Of a DNA stretch of 64,000 nt, positions 43,125 to 53,421 are shown one piece after another (the first letter of the stretch is position 1; each line of letters begins with the position of its first letter). The position numbers and the translations under genes were made by a program. The stretch comes from Dehalococcoidia bacterium (GTDB lineage Bacteria; Chloroflexota; Dehalococcoidia; Lucifugimonadales; UBA1123): the NCBI GenBank assembly GCA_965202815.1, contig CBDBCD010000002.1, forward strand, positions 678,921 to 742,920. Reading direction: 5' to 3'. Under the pieces are notes generated by a model. That model made no database searches, was not told the origin of the DNA, and worked only from the letters and a program-made list of their open reading frames with translations.

Positions 43125-44039
43125 ATGACCAAAGTGCTGCTGACCGGAGCCTCCGGCTATATAGCCGACCAACTGCTGCCTACGTTCAAGGAGCGTTACG
43201 AGACCGTCCTGGTGGACGTGACCGACACCAATCGCAGAGGGGAGAAGGTCGAGGGCGTCGTCATACAGGACTTGATTGACCCGGACCGCGCCGCCTACTC
43301 CAGGCTATTCGAAGACATGGACGCGGTTGTTCACCTCGGCTACAAGAGAAGATCCGGGAATCCGCTCGACCACTTCTTCGACGAAAAAGAGAACGTCGAG
43401 ATGGCCTACAACGTATTCCGCTCCGCTTACGACGCCGGAGCCGCGCGCGTGGTGATGGCCAGTTCCAATCACGCCGCCGACTGGTACGAGCACAATCTGA
43501 TCCACCAGCGAAAGATGGAATCGCTCGATCCCTACCGCCTTCCCCTTTCGGACAACTTCTACGGCTGGGCGAAGGCGACATACGAGCACATGGGCTTCCT
43601 GTTCGCCTGCGGCGCGATGGACTTCCGGACCGCGAGCGGCGGGCAGGACCATACCGGATCGTCGCAGGCGCAGCAGCGAAAGCTGGAAGTGGTCATGGTG
43701 CGGATAGGCGCGCCGCGAGACCTCGATCTCGCCACATACGAGGGAGACCCCGCCAATTACAAGCGCGACCTCGGCGCGTACCTCAGTCCGCGCGACCTTG
43801 CCCAGCTATTCACCCGCGCCATAGAGACGCCGAATATCGAGAACGAACACGGCATTCCCTGGCAGGTGGTTTACGGGATCAGCGACAACACGCGCGCCTT
43901 CTGGTCGCTCTCCAATGCGCGCGAGGCGCTGGGCTATGCGCCGGAGGATGACTCGGAGGTCAAGTACGCCGACGACATCAGGGGCTTCCTTTCCGGCCCC
44001 GGCGCTTCCGGCGGCGTTGGCAGGGTGGGACTGGGCTGA
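43125..44039 (+). CDS. NAD-dependent epimerase/dehydratase family protein
   Basis: VLLTGASGYIA Rossmann motif and YGWAK (YxxxK). Confidence 0.8.
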   Translation: MTKVLLTGASGYIADQLLPTFKERYETVLVDVTDTNRRGEKVEGVVIQDLIDPDRAAYSRLFEDMDAVVHLGYKRRSGNPLDHFFDEKENVEMAYNVFRSAYDAGAARVVMASSNHAADWYEHNLIHQRKMESLDPYRLPLSDNFYGWAKATYEHMGFLFACGAMDFRTASGGQDHTGSSQAQQRKLEVVMVRIGAPRDLDLATYEGDPANYKRDLGAYLSPRDLAQLFTRAIETPNIENEHGIPWQVVYGISDNTRAFWSLSNAREALGYAPEDDSEVKYADDIRGFLSGPGASGGVGRVGLG

Positions 44040-44094
44040 CCTGCAAAATGCCAGTCAACCGCCTGCATCAGTCCAGCAAACCAAGAAATTTGTC

Positions 44095-44122
44095 TTGACA
44101 GAAGCGAACGAGGTGTTATACG
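44095..44122 (+). promoter_or_regulatory. candidate sigma70-type promoter of the 16S gene
   Basis: TTGACA (44095-44100), 16-nt spacer, TATACG (44117-44122), about 70 nt upstream of the 16S 5' end. Confidence 0.4.
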
Positions 44123-44188
44123 ATTGCTACCTGCACCTAAGAAATGCACCTTAACAACTGGATAGTGGAAAGAACCAAACCCAAAACA

Positions 44189-45689
<1,501 letters not shown>

Positions 45690-46003
45690 GGGAGACAGGG
45701 ATCGCCAATGGATAACATCCCCAAAGGCGTGCCCAGGTCGGTCGGCGGGTGAGTGGAATTGAAGCAGAGGGTCGAGCAGGATTCGGCGTCAGGCTTACGC
45801 CAGGCGCGCAGAAGGAGCTCCCCGAAACCGAAATCCGCTCCCTGAGAAAGCCCGCCGTAACTTACACATACATAGAAACCTACGGTAAGGTTCTTTTCAC
45901 TATCCAGTCGTTAAGGTGTTTTCTTGTAATGGGAATACCGGGTTTTGCGGGTCGCCCAGCCTCCCATGCCAACGACGCTCAGACCTGAATCTCTCCTCAG
46001 CGT

Positions 46004-46080
<77 letters not shown>

Positions 46081-46163
46081 GACAATTATGCAGTTCACCA
46101 ACTTTTATGGTATGGTTTGGGTTGAGCTATCTAGCATCCCAGAATTCCTTGAGGAAAAGAACC

Positions 46164-46817
46164 ATGCTGCGATTTGTTGAAGAAATCCTTCTACTTCTCC
46201 TACACGACGAAGACGGCAGATTCATTAGCGTCCCGAGCTGGTCCTTAGACTACGCTATCGCCGGTGGCGTACTGATGGAACTGGCTATGGAAAATCGCAT
46301 AGACACTGATCTCGAAAACCTTGTCCTGATAGACTCCACTCCAACCGGAGACAGCCTCTTGGATTCGACCCTCGCCGAAATCGCAGCGGCAGACGAAGCC
46401 CGCGACACTCGCTTCTGGGTCGAACACACGGCCAGGCGCTCCCACGAAATCCAGGAAGAAGCCCTGTCGCGCCTGGTCAAGGTCGGCATCCTCGAACGCG
46501 AGGACGACCGCTTCCTGTGGGTCTTCAGGTCCAGACGCTACCCCATAATTGACGGCGCCGCCGAACGCGAGGTCAAGTTGCGCATAATGGGCGTGCTCTT
46601 CAGCGACGAGATACCGTCCCCGCGCGACGTTATGATCATCTGCCTCGCCGACGCCTGCGACATCTTCAGTCGGCTGCTCTCCCGCCAGGAGCTCAACAGG
46701 GCATCCCCCAGAATCTCCCAGGTGGCAAGACTCGACCTCATCGGCCAGGCCATGTCCCAGGCCATCTACGACATCCAGGTCTCCGTCGCCGCCTCAGCCC
46801 ACGGCCACATGGTGTAA
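46164..46817 (+). CDS. GPP34 / GOLPH3-like family protein
   Basis: MLRFVEEILLLLLHDEDGRF...LDYAIAGGVLMELA is the typical GPP34 N-terminus. Confidence 0.75.
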   Translation: MLRFVEEILLLLLHDEDGRFISVPSWSLDYAIAGGVLMELAMENRIDTDLENLVLIDSTPTGDSLLDSTLAEIAAADEARDTRFWVEHTARRSHEIQEEALSRLVKVGILEREDDRFLWVFRSRRYPIIDGAAEREVKLRIMGVLFSDEIPSPRDVMIICLADACDIFSRLLSRQELNRASPRISQVARLDLIGQAMSQAIYDIQVSVAASAHGHMV

Positions 46818-46907
46818 GCCAACCTAACCAACCCTGTCCGCCATGCCCGCGAAACTTGTCCTCGTGAAAACGGGGAGCGGGCATCCACAGGCCTAGCGGG
46901 CTGATTC

Positions 46908-48116
46908 ATGGAGCATATAGCTGACCCCATCTTGTCACCCCGCGAAGCCCTGCAAGCCCTCGCCGCTGACCCGGAACTTGAGCGGCTTGAATCTCTGCTT
47001 GCCGAGTTCAGTCTGTTTGACGTCCTCGGTGTCACGCATTTGGAAATCCAGCACTCCAGAGTCATAGCGTGGCTGCTTGATCCGCGCGAGTCTCACGGCC
47101 TGGGTGATCACTTCCTGAGCCGCTTCCTATCCAAAGCTGCGACATTGGCAATAGAGCGTGAAATCAAATGCGTCGCATTTACTCCAGCGGACGTTGACGG
47201 CTGGAAGTTCACCAATGTCGAAATTGCGCGCGAACGCCACAACATAGACATCCTGCTGATAGACGGAAGCAACGAACTCGTCTGTCCGATAGAGAACAAG
47301 ATAGGCAGCGACGAACATTCCGACCAACTCAGCCGCTACCTGGGTACAGTGGAGCGCGAATACAAAGGTCTCACGCCATTCCCCATCTACCTTACGCCCG
47401 ACGGAAGGAAACCCGAAAAGAGGCAGGATGCTGAGCGTTGGATACCATTCGGCTATGAAGTAGTCGCCGACCTTATAAAACAGACTCTCAACCGACGCTG
47501 CTCAACCATCAGCGCAGATGTCTCCAGTTTCCTGAAGCAATACGAGCGCACACTACGGAGGCGCGTCTTGGACACCCCAAGCGACATAGATAGGTTGGCC
47601 TTACAGATATACAACGACCATAGGCAGGCAATTGACCTCATTATCAAATCGAAACCGAGCAATATGCTCTGGTACATCATAGAACCTGTCGTAGAACGAT
47701 ATGCTCCAGACTTCAAAAACCACTCCAGCGACAAGATCCGGCTCTATTTCACTTCACCACGTCTCGATTTTCACATTGACGAGAATAAGCCAGAGCCAAT
47801 GTTCCGATTCGATTTCCTCTACCACGAGGGATCATTGAGACTTCGCCTTATAGTCGCCCGCGATCCGGAAACTCGAAACCGCCTTTTCGAGATGGACCCA
47901 CCAACCGATTATGACCATCGGGGACAGAATCCCGATGAAGAAGATTTCCGAATGTATTGGAAAGAAATCCTCAGCCGACATGAATGCAACCCCTCCGACC
48001 CCGATATGAAGCCGAGGCTTGAGAAGGCGATTCAGGAATTTTACGAGAACGACTACCTGCCTCTGGTCAACGCTATCCGCAAGGAGTTCAACCGGCCCCC
48101 TGTATCCCCAAACTGA
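46908..48116 (+). CDS. PD-(D/E)xK nuclease-superfamily protein (PDDEXK_4-like)
   Basis: FSLFDVLGVTHLEIQHSRVIAWLLDPRESHGLGD N-terminus, and NIDILLID...CPIENKIGSDEHSDQLSRY (D...ExK). Confidence 0.75.
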   Translation: MEHIADPILSPREALQALAADPELERLESLLAEFSLFDVLGVTHLEIQHSRVIAWLLDPRESHGLGDHFLSRFLSKAATLAIEREIKCVAFTPADVDGWKFTNVEIARERHNIDILLIDGSNELVCPIENKIGSDEHSDQLSRYLGTVEREYKGLTPFPIYLTPDGRKPEKRQDAERWIPFGYEVVADLIKQTLNRRCSTISADVSSFLKQYERTLRRRVLDTPSDIDRLALQIYNDHRQAIDLIIKSKPSNMLWYIIEPVVERYAPDFKNHSSDKIRLYFTSPRLDFHIDENKPEPMFRFDFLYHEGSLRLRLIVARDPETRNRLFEMDPPTDYDHRGQNPDEEDFRMYWKEILSRHECNPSDPDMKPRLEKAIQEFYENDYLPLVNAIRKEFNRPPVSPN

Positions 48117-48419
48117 CACGGATCTCACCAAAACCGAGCTTCCCGAGCCACTACATAAACCCTTCCATCCTATGCTACAATCCATACATGTCCAGAACAA
48201 CAGTCCTTAAATATATAAATATGAATTTATCAACCAGGATACCGCCGACTTGAAAAAATGCTCTGAACAGGGAAATGCAGGCTTATACAGGCAATGTGCA
48301 GGGCAAAAGTCCCCACCAGACGCCTTTGTAGCCTGCCAGCAGTCCCCCTGCAAGCGCCCTGCGGCCCTCCCAGCATATCTATAAATCCAAGTATATACCC
48401 TCGCCAGACGACGCGCGCC

Positions 48420-48461
48420 CACAATTGATAATCGCCAATTGTCAATTGATAACTGAAACTA
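48420..48461 (+). repeat. tandem heptamer array (NNNAAYT x5-6)
   Basis: cacAATt gatAATc gccAATt gtcAATt gatAACt gaaacta in phase, within an AT-rich spacer. Confidence 0.7.
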
Positions 48462-48474
48462 CCTGTATTATCAT
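48446..48474 (+). promoter_or_regulatory. candidate sigma70-type promoter for the DUF35/thiolase genes
   Basis: TTGATA (48446-48451), 17-nt spacer, TATCAT (48469-48474). Each hexamer matches the consensus at 5 of 6 positions. Lies 64 nt upstream of the ATG at 48538. Confidence 0.5.
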
Positions 48475-48537
48475 CTCCTCGAATCCACTCGGGGCCGCTA
48501 CGAACCAGCGCCCCCCACCCATGACAGGAGATGAATC

Positions 48538-48948
48538 ATGGTAAAACAGGGAGTGATACCCGACGATCTGACAAGACCCTTCTGGGAAGCCGCCTCCGAA
48601 GGCAAGCTCGTTATCCAGAACTGTACCGATTGCGACCGCCTTCAGAACCCGCCTCTGCCCGCCTGCTCCCAGTGCGGATTGGGTGACGGCCTCGAATGGA
48701 AGCAGATGAGCGGACGCGGCAAGATTTACAACTACTGCGTCGTGTACGATACCCCCGTCGCCAGCCTCCACGAGGACCAGCCTTTCAACCTCGCTGTCGT
48801 CACGCTCGACGACGACCCGGGCATCCAGATGTACTCTCACCTGCCCGGAACACCCGTTGACGACGTTCCCATCGGCGCGGCGGTCGAAGTCATATTCGAG
48901 CCCACCGCCAACGGGCAGGTCGTACCCGAGTGGCGCGTCGCAACCTGA
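48538..48948 (+). CDS. DUF35 zinc-ribbon / OB-fold protein
   Basis: CTDCDRLQNPPLPACSQCG ribbon plus an OB-fold pattern; 136 aa. Confidence 0.85.
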   Translation: MVKQGVIPDDLTRPFWEAASEGKLVIQNCTDCDRLQNPPLPACSQCGLGDGLEWKQMSGRGKIYNYCVVYDTPVASLHEDQPFNLAVVTLDDDPGIQMYSHLPGTPVDDVPIGAAVEVIFEPTANGQVVPEWRVAT

Positions 48949-48991
48949 CCGCGCAACCCATATCCCGCCCATCCTGAAATGCCGAGCAAGT

Positions 48992-49070
48992 CCCATCTCC
49001 CTCGATGGGCTTCACAAGGGTAGTCAAAAGTCCCTTCCCCCTTGACGGGGGAAGGCTAGGATGGGGGTGA
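48992..49070 (+). repeat. cluster of GC-rich hairpins ending in GGATGGGGGTGA
   Basis: CCCATCtccctcGATGGG (48992-49009), CCTTCCCCCttgacGGGGGAAGG (49033-49055), then ctaGGATGGGGGTGA (to 49070). Lies in the 194-nt gap between the DUF35 and thiolase genes. Confidence 0.5.
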
Positions 49071-49142
49071 AATCGCAAATCCAAGTTCGATGGTTACCCC
49101 TGAAAATACCGCAAACCCCGATTCAGACAATAGGAGCGACCC

Positions 49143-50477
49143 ATGACAACGACAATAGACGCGCCGGAGTCCATGTACAGATCCGTAGAGGGCCTCGGAG
49201 TTTGGGAACACAGAGGAAAGGTAGCTGCCGTGGGCGTCGGACACTCGCCCACGTCCCGCCGCTGGGACGGCAAGCCTGAGACCACCGTCGGCGCCGGCAG
49301 CATCCTCTCTATGCGCCAGGCAATGGACGACGCAGGCGTATCACCCGACCAGGTTGACGGCCTCGTGATAGTCCCGGTTACTACCACGGGAGCGCACTGG
49401 CCGGAGGATGTCCCTCTGCCCACCGACGTGATCAACTCCTTCAACCAGACCGACGACCCGCTCGACGGCCTGGGCCAGCTCAGCGCCGACTGGCTCGAGC
49501 TCAATATGCCCGAACTCACCAACGTCAAGTTCAAGATGCACGCGCCCGGCTGCATGTCCGCCGCCATAGTCACAGCCGCCCAGGCCATAGGCGATGGCTT
49601 GGCCGAGACATGCCTCGTCGTCAAGGGCTGGCACAACCTGATAGGACGCTACAACCACGGCGGCCTCAGCGCCGCGGATCCCGTATCCGGCTCGGTCGCC
49701 ATCGGCCCGGGACGCAGCCTCTGGGGACCGCCCGGATGCTATGGCACCGCGCTCCAGTTCGCCCAGTACTGCCACAAGTACGGCAAGAACCACGACATGA
49801 TGGCCCCTTTCATGCAGAACTCCCGGCGCAACGGTCTCATGTTCCCCGAAGGCTACTGGTACCAGCACCGCCCCGAGGAACTTCCCGCTGAGGACTACCT
49901 ATCCTCCCGATGGATAGCCAAGCCCGCCAACCTGTTCGACAACGACATACCCATCATGTGCACCGCCGCCTACCTCTTCACAACAGCCGAGCGCGCCCAG
50001 GACATGAAGCAGAAACCCGTCTATATCCTCGGACACGCATCCAGCAGGGGAACGCCTCGCAGCGTCACCCCGACCCTTGAAGAAGTGGAGACCGAGACCG
50101 CAAGCACCGGACGAAAGATCTACGAGTCCGCCGGCATCAGCGCAGACGACCTCTCATTCGAGAATATGTACGACGGCTTTGCCCAGTTCCACCAGTTCCA
50201 CATCGAGGGTCTGGGATACAGGGGCATGGGCTTCGGCGACGCGCTCGACTTCTACCAGACCGACATCAGCATCGAGGGGCCGAACCCCATCTCGCCAAGT
50301 GGAGGCAACATCGGCAGCGGACGCAGCCGCTTCTGGATGCACACCGACTCCATCCAGCAGCTTCAGGGACGCGCCGGAGCCCGTCAGGTAACCGGAGTCA
50401 ATCTCGAGGTAGCCGTCTCAGGCGGCCCCATGCCCCTCGGAGGCAACTTCACCGTCTGGAGCGCCACGCCCGACTAG
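49143..50477 (+). CDS. thiolase-fold protein (Cys retained at the putative nucleophile position)
   Basis: 444 aa; APGCMSAAIVTAAQAIGDG (Cys137) and C-terminal SPSGGNIGSGRS. Confidence 0.85.
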   Translation: MTTTIDAPESMYRSVEGLGVWEHRGKVAAVGVGHSPTSRRWDGKPETTVGAGSILSMRQAMDDAGVSPDQVDGLVIVPVTTTGAHWPEDVPLPTDVINSFNQTDDPLDGLGQLSADWLELNMPELTNVKFKMHAPGCMSAAIVTAAQAIGDGLAETCLVVKGWHNLIGRYNHGGLSAADPVSGSVAIGPGRSLWGPPGCYGTALQFAQYCHKYGKNHDMMAPFMQNSRRNGLMFPEGYWYQHRPEELPAEDYLSSRWIAKPANLFDNDIPIMCTAAYLFTTAERAQDMKQKPVYILGHASSRGTPRSVTPTLEEVETETASTGRKIYESAGISADDLSFENMYDGFAQFHQFHIEGLGYRGMGFGDALDFYQTDISIEGPNPISPSGGNIGSGRSRFWMHTDSIQQLQGRAGARQVTGVNLEVAVSGGPMPLGGNFTVWSATPD

Positions 50478-50478
50478 C

Positions 50479-50955
50479 ATGGCAAGAACAGAAGATAAGC
50501 CCCAACCCGCTCGCGATTCATTCCTGAGCGTACAAGCGCCATGGTGGCACTTGACCTTCTGGCTGTTCATCGGCCAGTTGGCCTTGGAAACCGTTATGGT
50601 AGTATTAGATGAGCGATCTCGCCTGTCCGCTATGGGCCTGGTCGAACAGGCGAGACTCATCCGCTCAGAGATAGCCGACGACATTCTAATCTCGGCTGTC
50701 ATCGCCATAGCTCTAGTTGATATATGGAGGAATATCTTGGTTACCGCAGAATGGCTGAAAAGTCGCATAGAGAGACGCGAGGAAAGAATCCGCAACGAGG
50801 GCCACGATGAAGGCCGCGCCGAGGGACGAGTCGAGGGACGAGTCGAGGGACGTGATGAAGGCCGTGAAGAAGTGCTTGCATTGCTTGACGAGAACGCGCG
50901 CAAAGACATCGAACGCAAACTCCGGCGCAACAGAAACTCAGATTCTAAGGACTGA
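50479..50955 (+). CDS. membrane-anchored coiled-coil protein with an (EGRx)n repeat
   Basis: 158 aa, two hydrophobic segments, then EGRAEGRVEGRVEGRDEGRE (50809-50868, built from a 12-bp tandem repeat) and LALLDENARKDIERKLRRNR. Starts 2 nt after the thiolase stop. Confidence 0.55.
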   Translation: MARTEDKPQPARDSFLSVQAPWWHLTFWLFIGQLALETVMVVLDERSRLSAMGLVEQARLIRSEIADDILISAVIAIALVDIWRNILVTAEWLKSRIERREERIRNEGHDEGRAEGRVEGRVEGRDEGREEVLALLDENARKDIERKLRRNRNSDSKD

Positions 50956-50969
50956 TTGGGAGGTATCGG

Positions 50970-51302
50970 TTGATTACCGCGGGATGGTTGCAAAGACGCA
51001 TAGAGAGACATGAAGCGAAGGAGCGGGCTGAGGCCCGCGCCAAAGGCTATGCTGAAGGTGTGGCTCAGGCCCGTCGAGAGAAGAGAATCCGGGACGAAGC
51101 CCACGCTCAAGGTCGCGCTGAAGTCCTGGACCTGCTCGATGACGATACGCGGAAAGAGGTGGAACGCGAGCTACGGCTGATTCACGATATCCGCTCCGAA
51201 GCCATTGCCGAGGGAGTTGTCCGAGTACTCCGATTGCTCGACGACGAAACCCGGATGGAAGCGGAACGCAAACTCGGCCTCAACCGATATTCAGAGAACT
51301 AG
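50970..51302 (+). CDS. soluble paralogue of the preceding coiled-coil protein
   Basis: 110 aa, TTG start. ITAGWLQRRIERHE parallels VTAEWLKSRIERRE. Carries two LLDDxTRKEVEReL-type modules. Confidence 0.5.
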   Translation: MITAGWLQRRIERHEAKERAEARAKGYAEGVAQARREKRIRDEAHAQGRAEVLDLLDDDTRKEVERELRLIHDIRSEAIAEGVVRVLRLLDDETRMEAERKLGLNRYSEN

Positions 51303-51319
51303 AAAAGAGGAAGACCAAC

Positions 51320-51685
51320 TTGGCCATACTAATCAGCTTCGACATTGACGGCACCCTCGAAGTCGGCGACCCGCCCGGCGAACTCACCATGGACATGGTG
51401 CGTATAGCCAAGTCCAAGGGCATCATCATCGGTAGCTGCTCCGACCGAATCGCAAGCTCACAGCGCAGAATATGGGACGAACACGACATCCAGGCAGACT
51501 TCATCTGTGTCAAGGGAAGCCCTATGGAAGAACTTCGTCTCGAGTACATGAAAACCAAGTTCGACGCCGAGGAATACTGGCACATCGGCGACCGCGAAGA
51601 CCTCGACCGCCAGATGGCCCTCCGCTGCGGCTTCCAGTTCCTCTGGCCGCATGAGGCGGCGGTAAAGGACTGGTTCATGCCATAG
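51320..51685 (+). CDS. small HAD-superfamily-like protein
   Basis: 121 aa; SFDIDGTL (DxDxT motif I), GSCSDR and HIGDRE. Confidence 0.6.
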   Translation: MAILISFDIDGTLEVGDPPGELTMDMVRIAKSKGIIIGSCSDRIASSQRRIWDEHDIQADFICVKGSPMEELRLEYMKTKFDAEEYWHIGDREDLDRQMALRCGFQFLWPHEAAVKDWFMP

Positions 51686-51714
51686 ACAGTCGACACTGCG
51701 GGGGGCGGCATCAG

Positions 51715-53421
51715 ATGGCCCAAAATTCAGAAAGTGCTTCCTATTTCGAGTGGACTCACTTCTACGAGGAGTTCGCTGATAAGTTGCTCACCTATAGGAA
51801 TAACAGGGAGGAGTTGATTTTTGTTATACACAAAATCGCTTCCTCCAACCCCGGATACCTAATAGACCACTTAACCGATATATACAAAGACGGGACTGAC
51901 GGACCTCTGAAGGATATTTGTCCGTTTAGCACTCTAGGATTGTTCAACCGTGTCCTCACTGACGAAAGAAGAAGGGCCATAGCCGGAGAGTTAGCACATT
52001 TCCTAGAGGTCGAACTTCCCCCACCCACGACTTTTGAAGGCATTCCCGTTCTTCAAAATTTGAAATTGCTATTTTTCTTCCCTGAGCGTGTCCGTGAACC
52101 CGATGATATTGATTCCCTTTGGGATGTGTTCTCAAATGCCATCCACCTTGCCGACTACGGTGACTACAGACCATTTATTCAATCGTACAATAAAGCCGTG
52201 CGTGTTAAGGGAGTGGGCTGGAATCTAACATCCGGGCTCTACTGGATCAGGCCGAGAACCTTTCAGAGTCTGTTTCCATCAAAACTACGAACATACATAC
52301 GCGACGACCTCAAAACTCCTGTGGACAACCGAATCACCAACAACGCGGAAGCATATCTGTCTCTTATGGATATTCTCCAAGAGAAATTTCAAGACCCCGA
52401 TTGTCCAGTTCATTCTTATCAGGAGTTATCACTAGCCGCGGACATGGATGACAATGAACGTCATGTGATATTCCCCATAGAACAGGCAGATAAATCCAAA
52501 GAAGAGGCCAGGCTTGGATCGGAACTATATGAATCAGTTCAAGAATACACCCTTGACCACATCCTCAAAGACGGCTGTTTCCTAGAAAAGGCCAAGCTAT
52601 CCGAAATCCTAGACCGCCTGAAATCTAAGAAAAACCTCATCCTCCAAGGTCCGCCGGGCACCGGCAAGACTTGGCTCGCCAAGCGATTGGCCTACGCCCT
52701 GATCGGACGGCAGGATGCCGACAAGGTTCGCTCCGTTCAATTCCACCCCAACCTGTCTTATGAGGATTTCATAAGAGGCTGGCGTCCAAGCAGCGACGGC
52801 AAACTTGATCTGGTGGACGGCCCGTTCATAGAAGTGATTGACGCCGCAAGGGAAGACCAGAGCTCCAGACACGTCATAGTCATCGAGGAAATCAACCGAG
52901 GCAACCCCGCCCAGATACTTGGTGAAATGCTGACCCTGCTGGAATCCGACAAGAGAACCCCGGGCGAAGCATTGGAACTCACCTACCGCAAGCACAAGGG
53001 TGAGCGCGTCCATATCCCCGAAAACCTGTACGTTATAGGAACGATGAACATGGCCGACCGCTCCCTCGCGATGGTTGACTTCGCCCTCCGTCGGCGATTC
53101 GCCTTCGTGAACATGGAACCGGAGCTAGGGGAACCCTGGCTGGGATGGGTGCATGAGCAATCCGGCATTGACCGCGACGCGCTCCTGCAAATCAAGACCA
53201 AGCTCGACTCTCTGAACCAAGCCATTGCCGACGATCCGAACCTCGGCCCGCAATTCAGGATAGGCCACAGTTTCGTCACTCCAAATGACAAAATTGACAA
53301 CGCCAACAACTGGTTCAGGCAGGTCGTCGAAACCGAGATAGGCCCTCTCCTCGATGAATACTGGTATGACGACCGTGAAAAAGCCCAAGAGGAACGAAGC
53401 CGGCTGTTGAGCGGTATCTAA
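51715..53421 (+). CDS. mcrB: McrB-family AAA+ GTPase (type IV restriction subunit) with an unassigned roughly 300-aa N-terminal domain
   Basis: LILQGPPGTGKTW, VIVIEEINRGNPAQILGEMLTLLE and GTMNMADRSLAMVDFALRRRFAF. The N-terminal half is visibly AT-richer. Confidence 0.9.
   Translation: MAQNSESASYFEWTHFYEEFADKLLTYRNNREELIFVIHKIASSNPGYLIDHLTDIYKDGTDGPLKDICPFSTLGLFNRVLTDERRRAIAGELAHFLEVELPPPTTFEGIPVLQNLKLLFFFPERVREPDDIDSLWDVFSNAIHLADYGDYRPFIQSYNKAVRVKGVGWNLTSGLYWIRPRTFQSLFPSKLRTYIRDDLKTPVDNRITNNAEAYLSLMDILQEKFQDPDCPVHSYQELSLAADMDDNERHVIFPIEQADKSKEEARLGSELYESVQEYTLDHILKDGCFLEKAKLSEILDRLKSKKNLILQGPPGTGKTWLAKRLAYALIGRQDADKVRSVQFHPNLSYEDFIRGWRPSSDGKLDLVDGPFIEVIDAAREDQSSRHVIVIEEINRGNPAQILGEMLTLLESDKRTPGEALELTYRKHKGERVHIPENLYVIGTMNMADRSLAMVDFALRRRFAFVNMEPELGEPWLGWVHEQSGIDRDALLQIKTKLDSLNQAIADDPNLGPQFRIGHSFVTPNDKIDNANNWFRQVVETEIGPLLDEYWYDDREKAQEERSRLLSGI

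Noticed and set aside
48207-48445. Two overlapping 71-aa minus-strand ORFs in the spacer after the PD-(D/E)xK nuclease gene.
   Set aside because: They are mutually overlapping with Cys/Arg-rich translations, and lie in a region better explained as promoter/repeat DNA.
48471-48495. Possible att-like repeat of the tRNA-Ala 3' end (ctcgaatccactcgg versus ttcgaatcccctcag) that would delimit a 2.4-kb island.
   Set aside because: Only an 8-nt exact core is shared. About two such matches are expected by chance in 64 kb on both strands, and no integrase is present.
50809-50868. A 12-bp tandem repeat, considered as a possible CRISPR or satellite.
   Set aside because: It has only about 2.5 units and no spacers. 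It lies in frame within a CDS, where it encodes the (EGRV)n peptide repeat.
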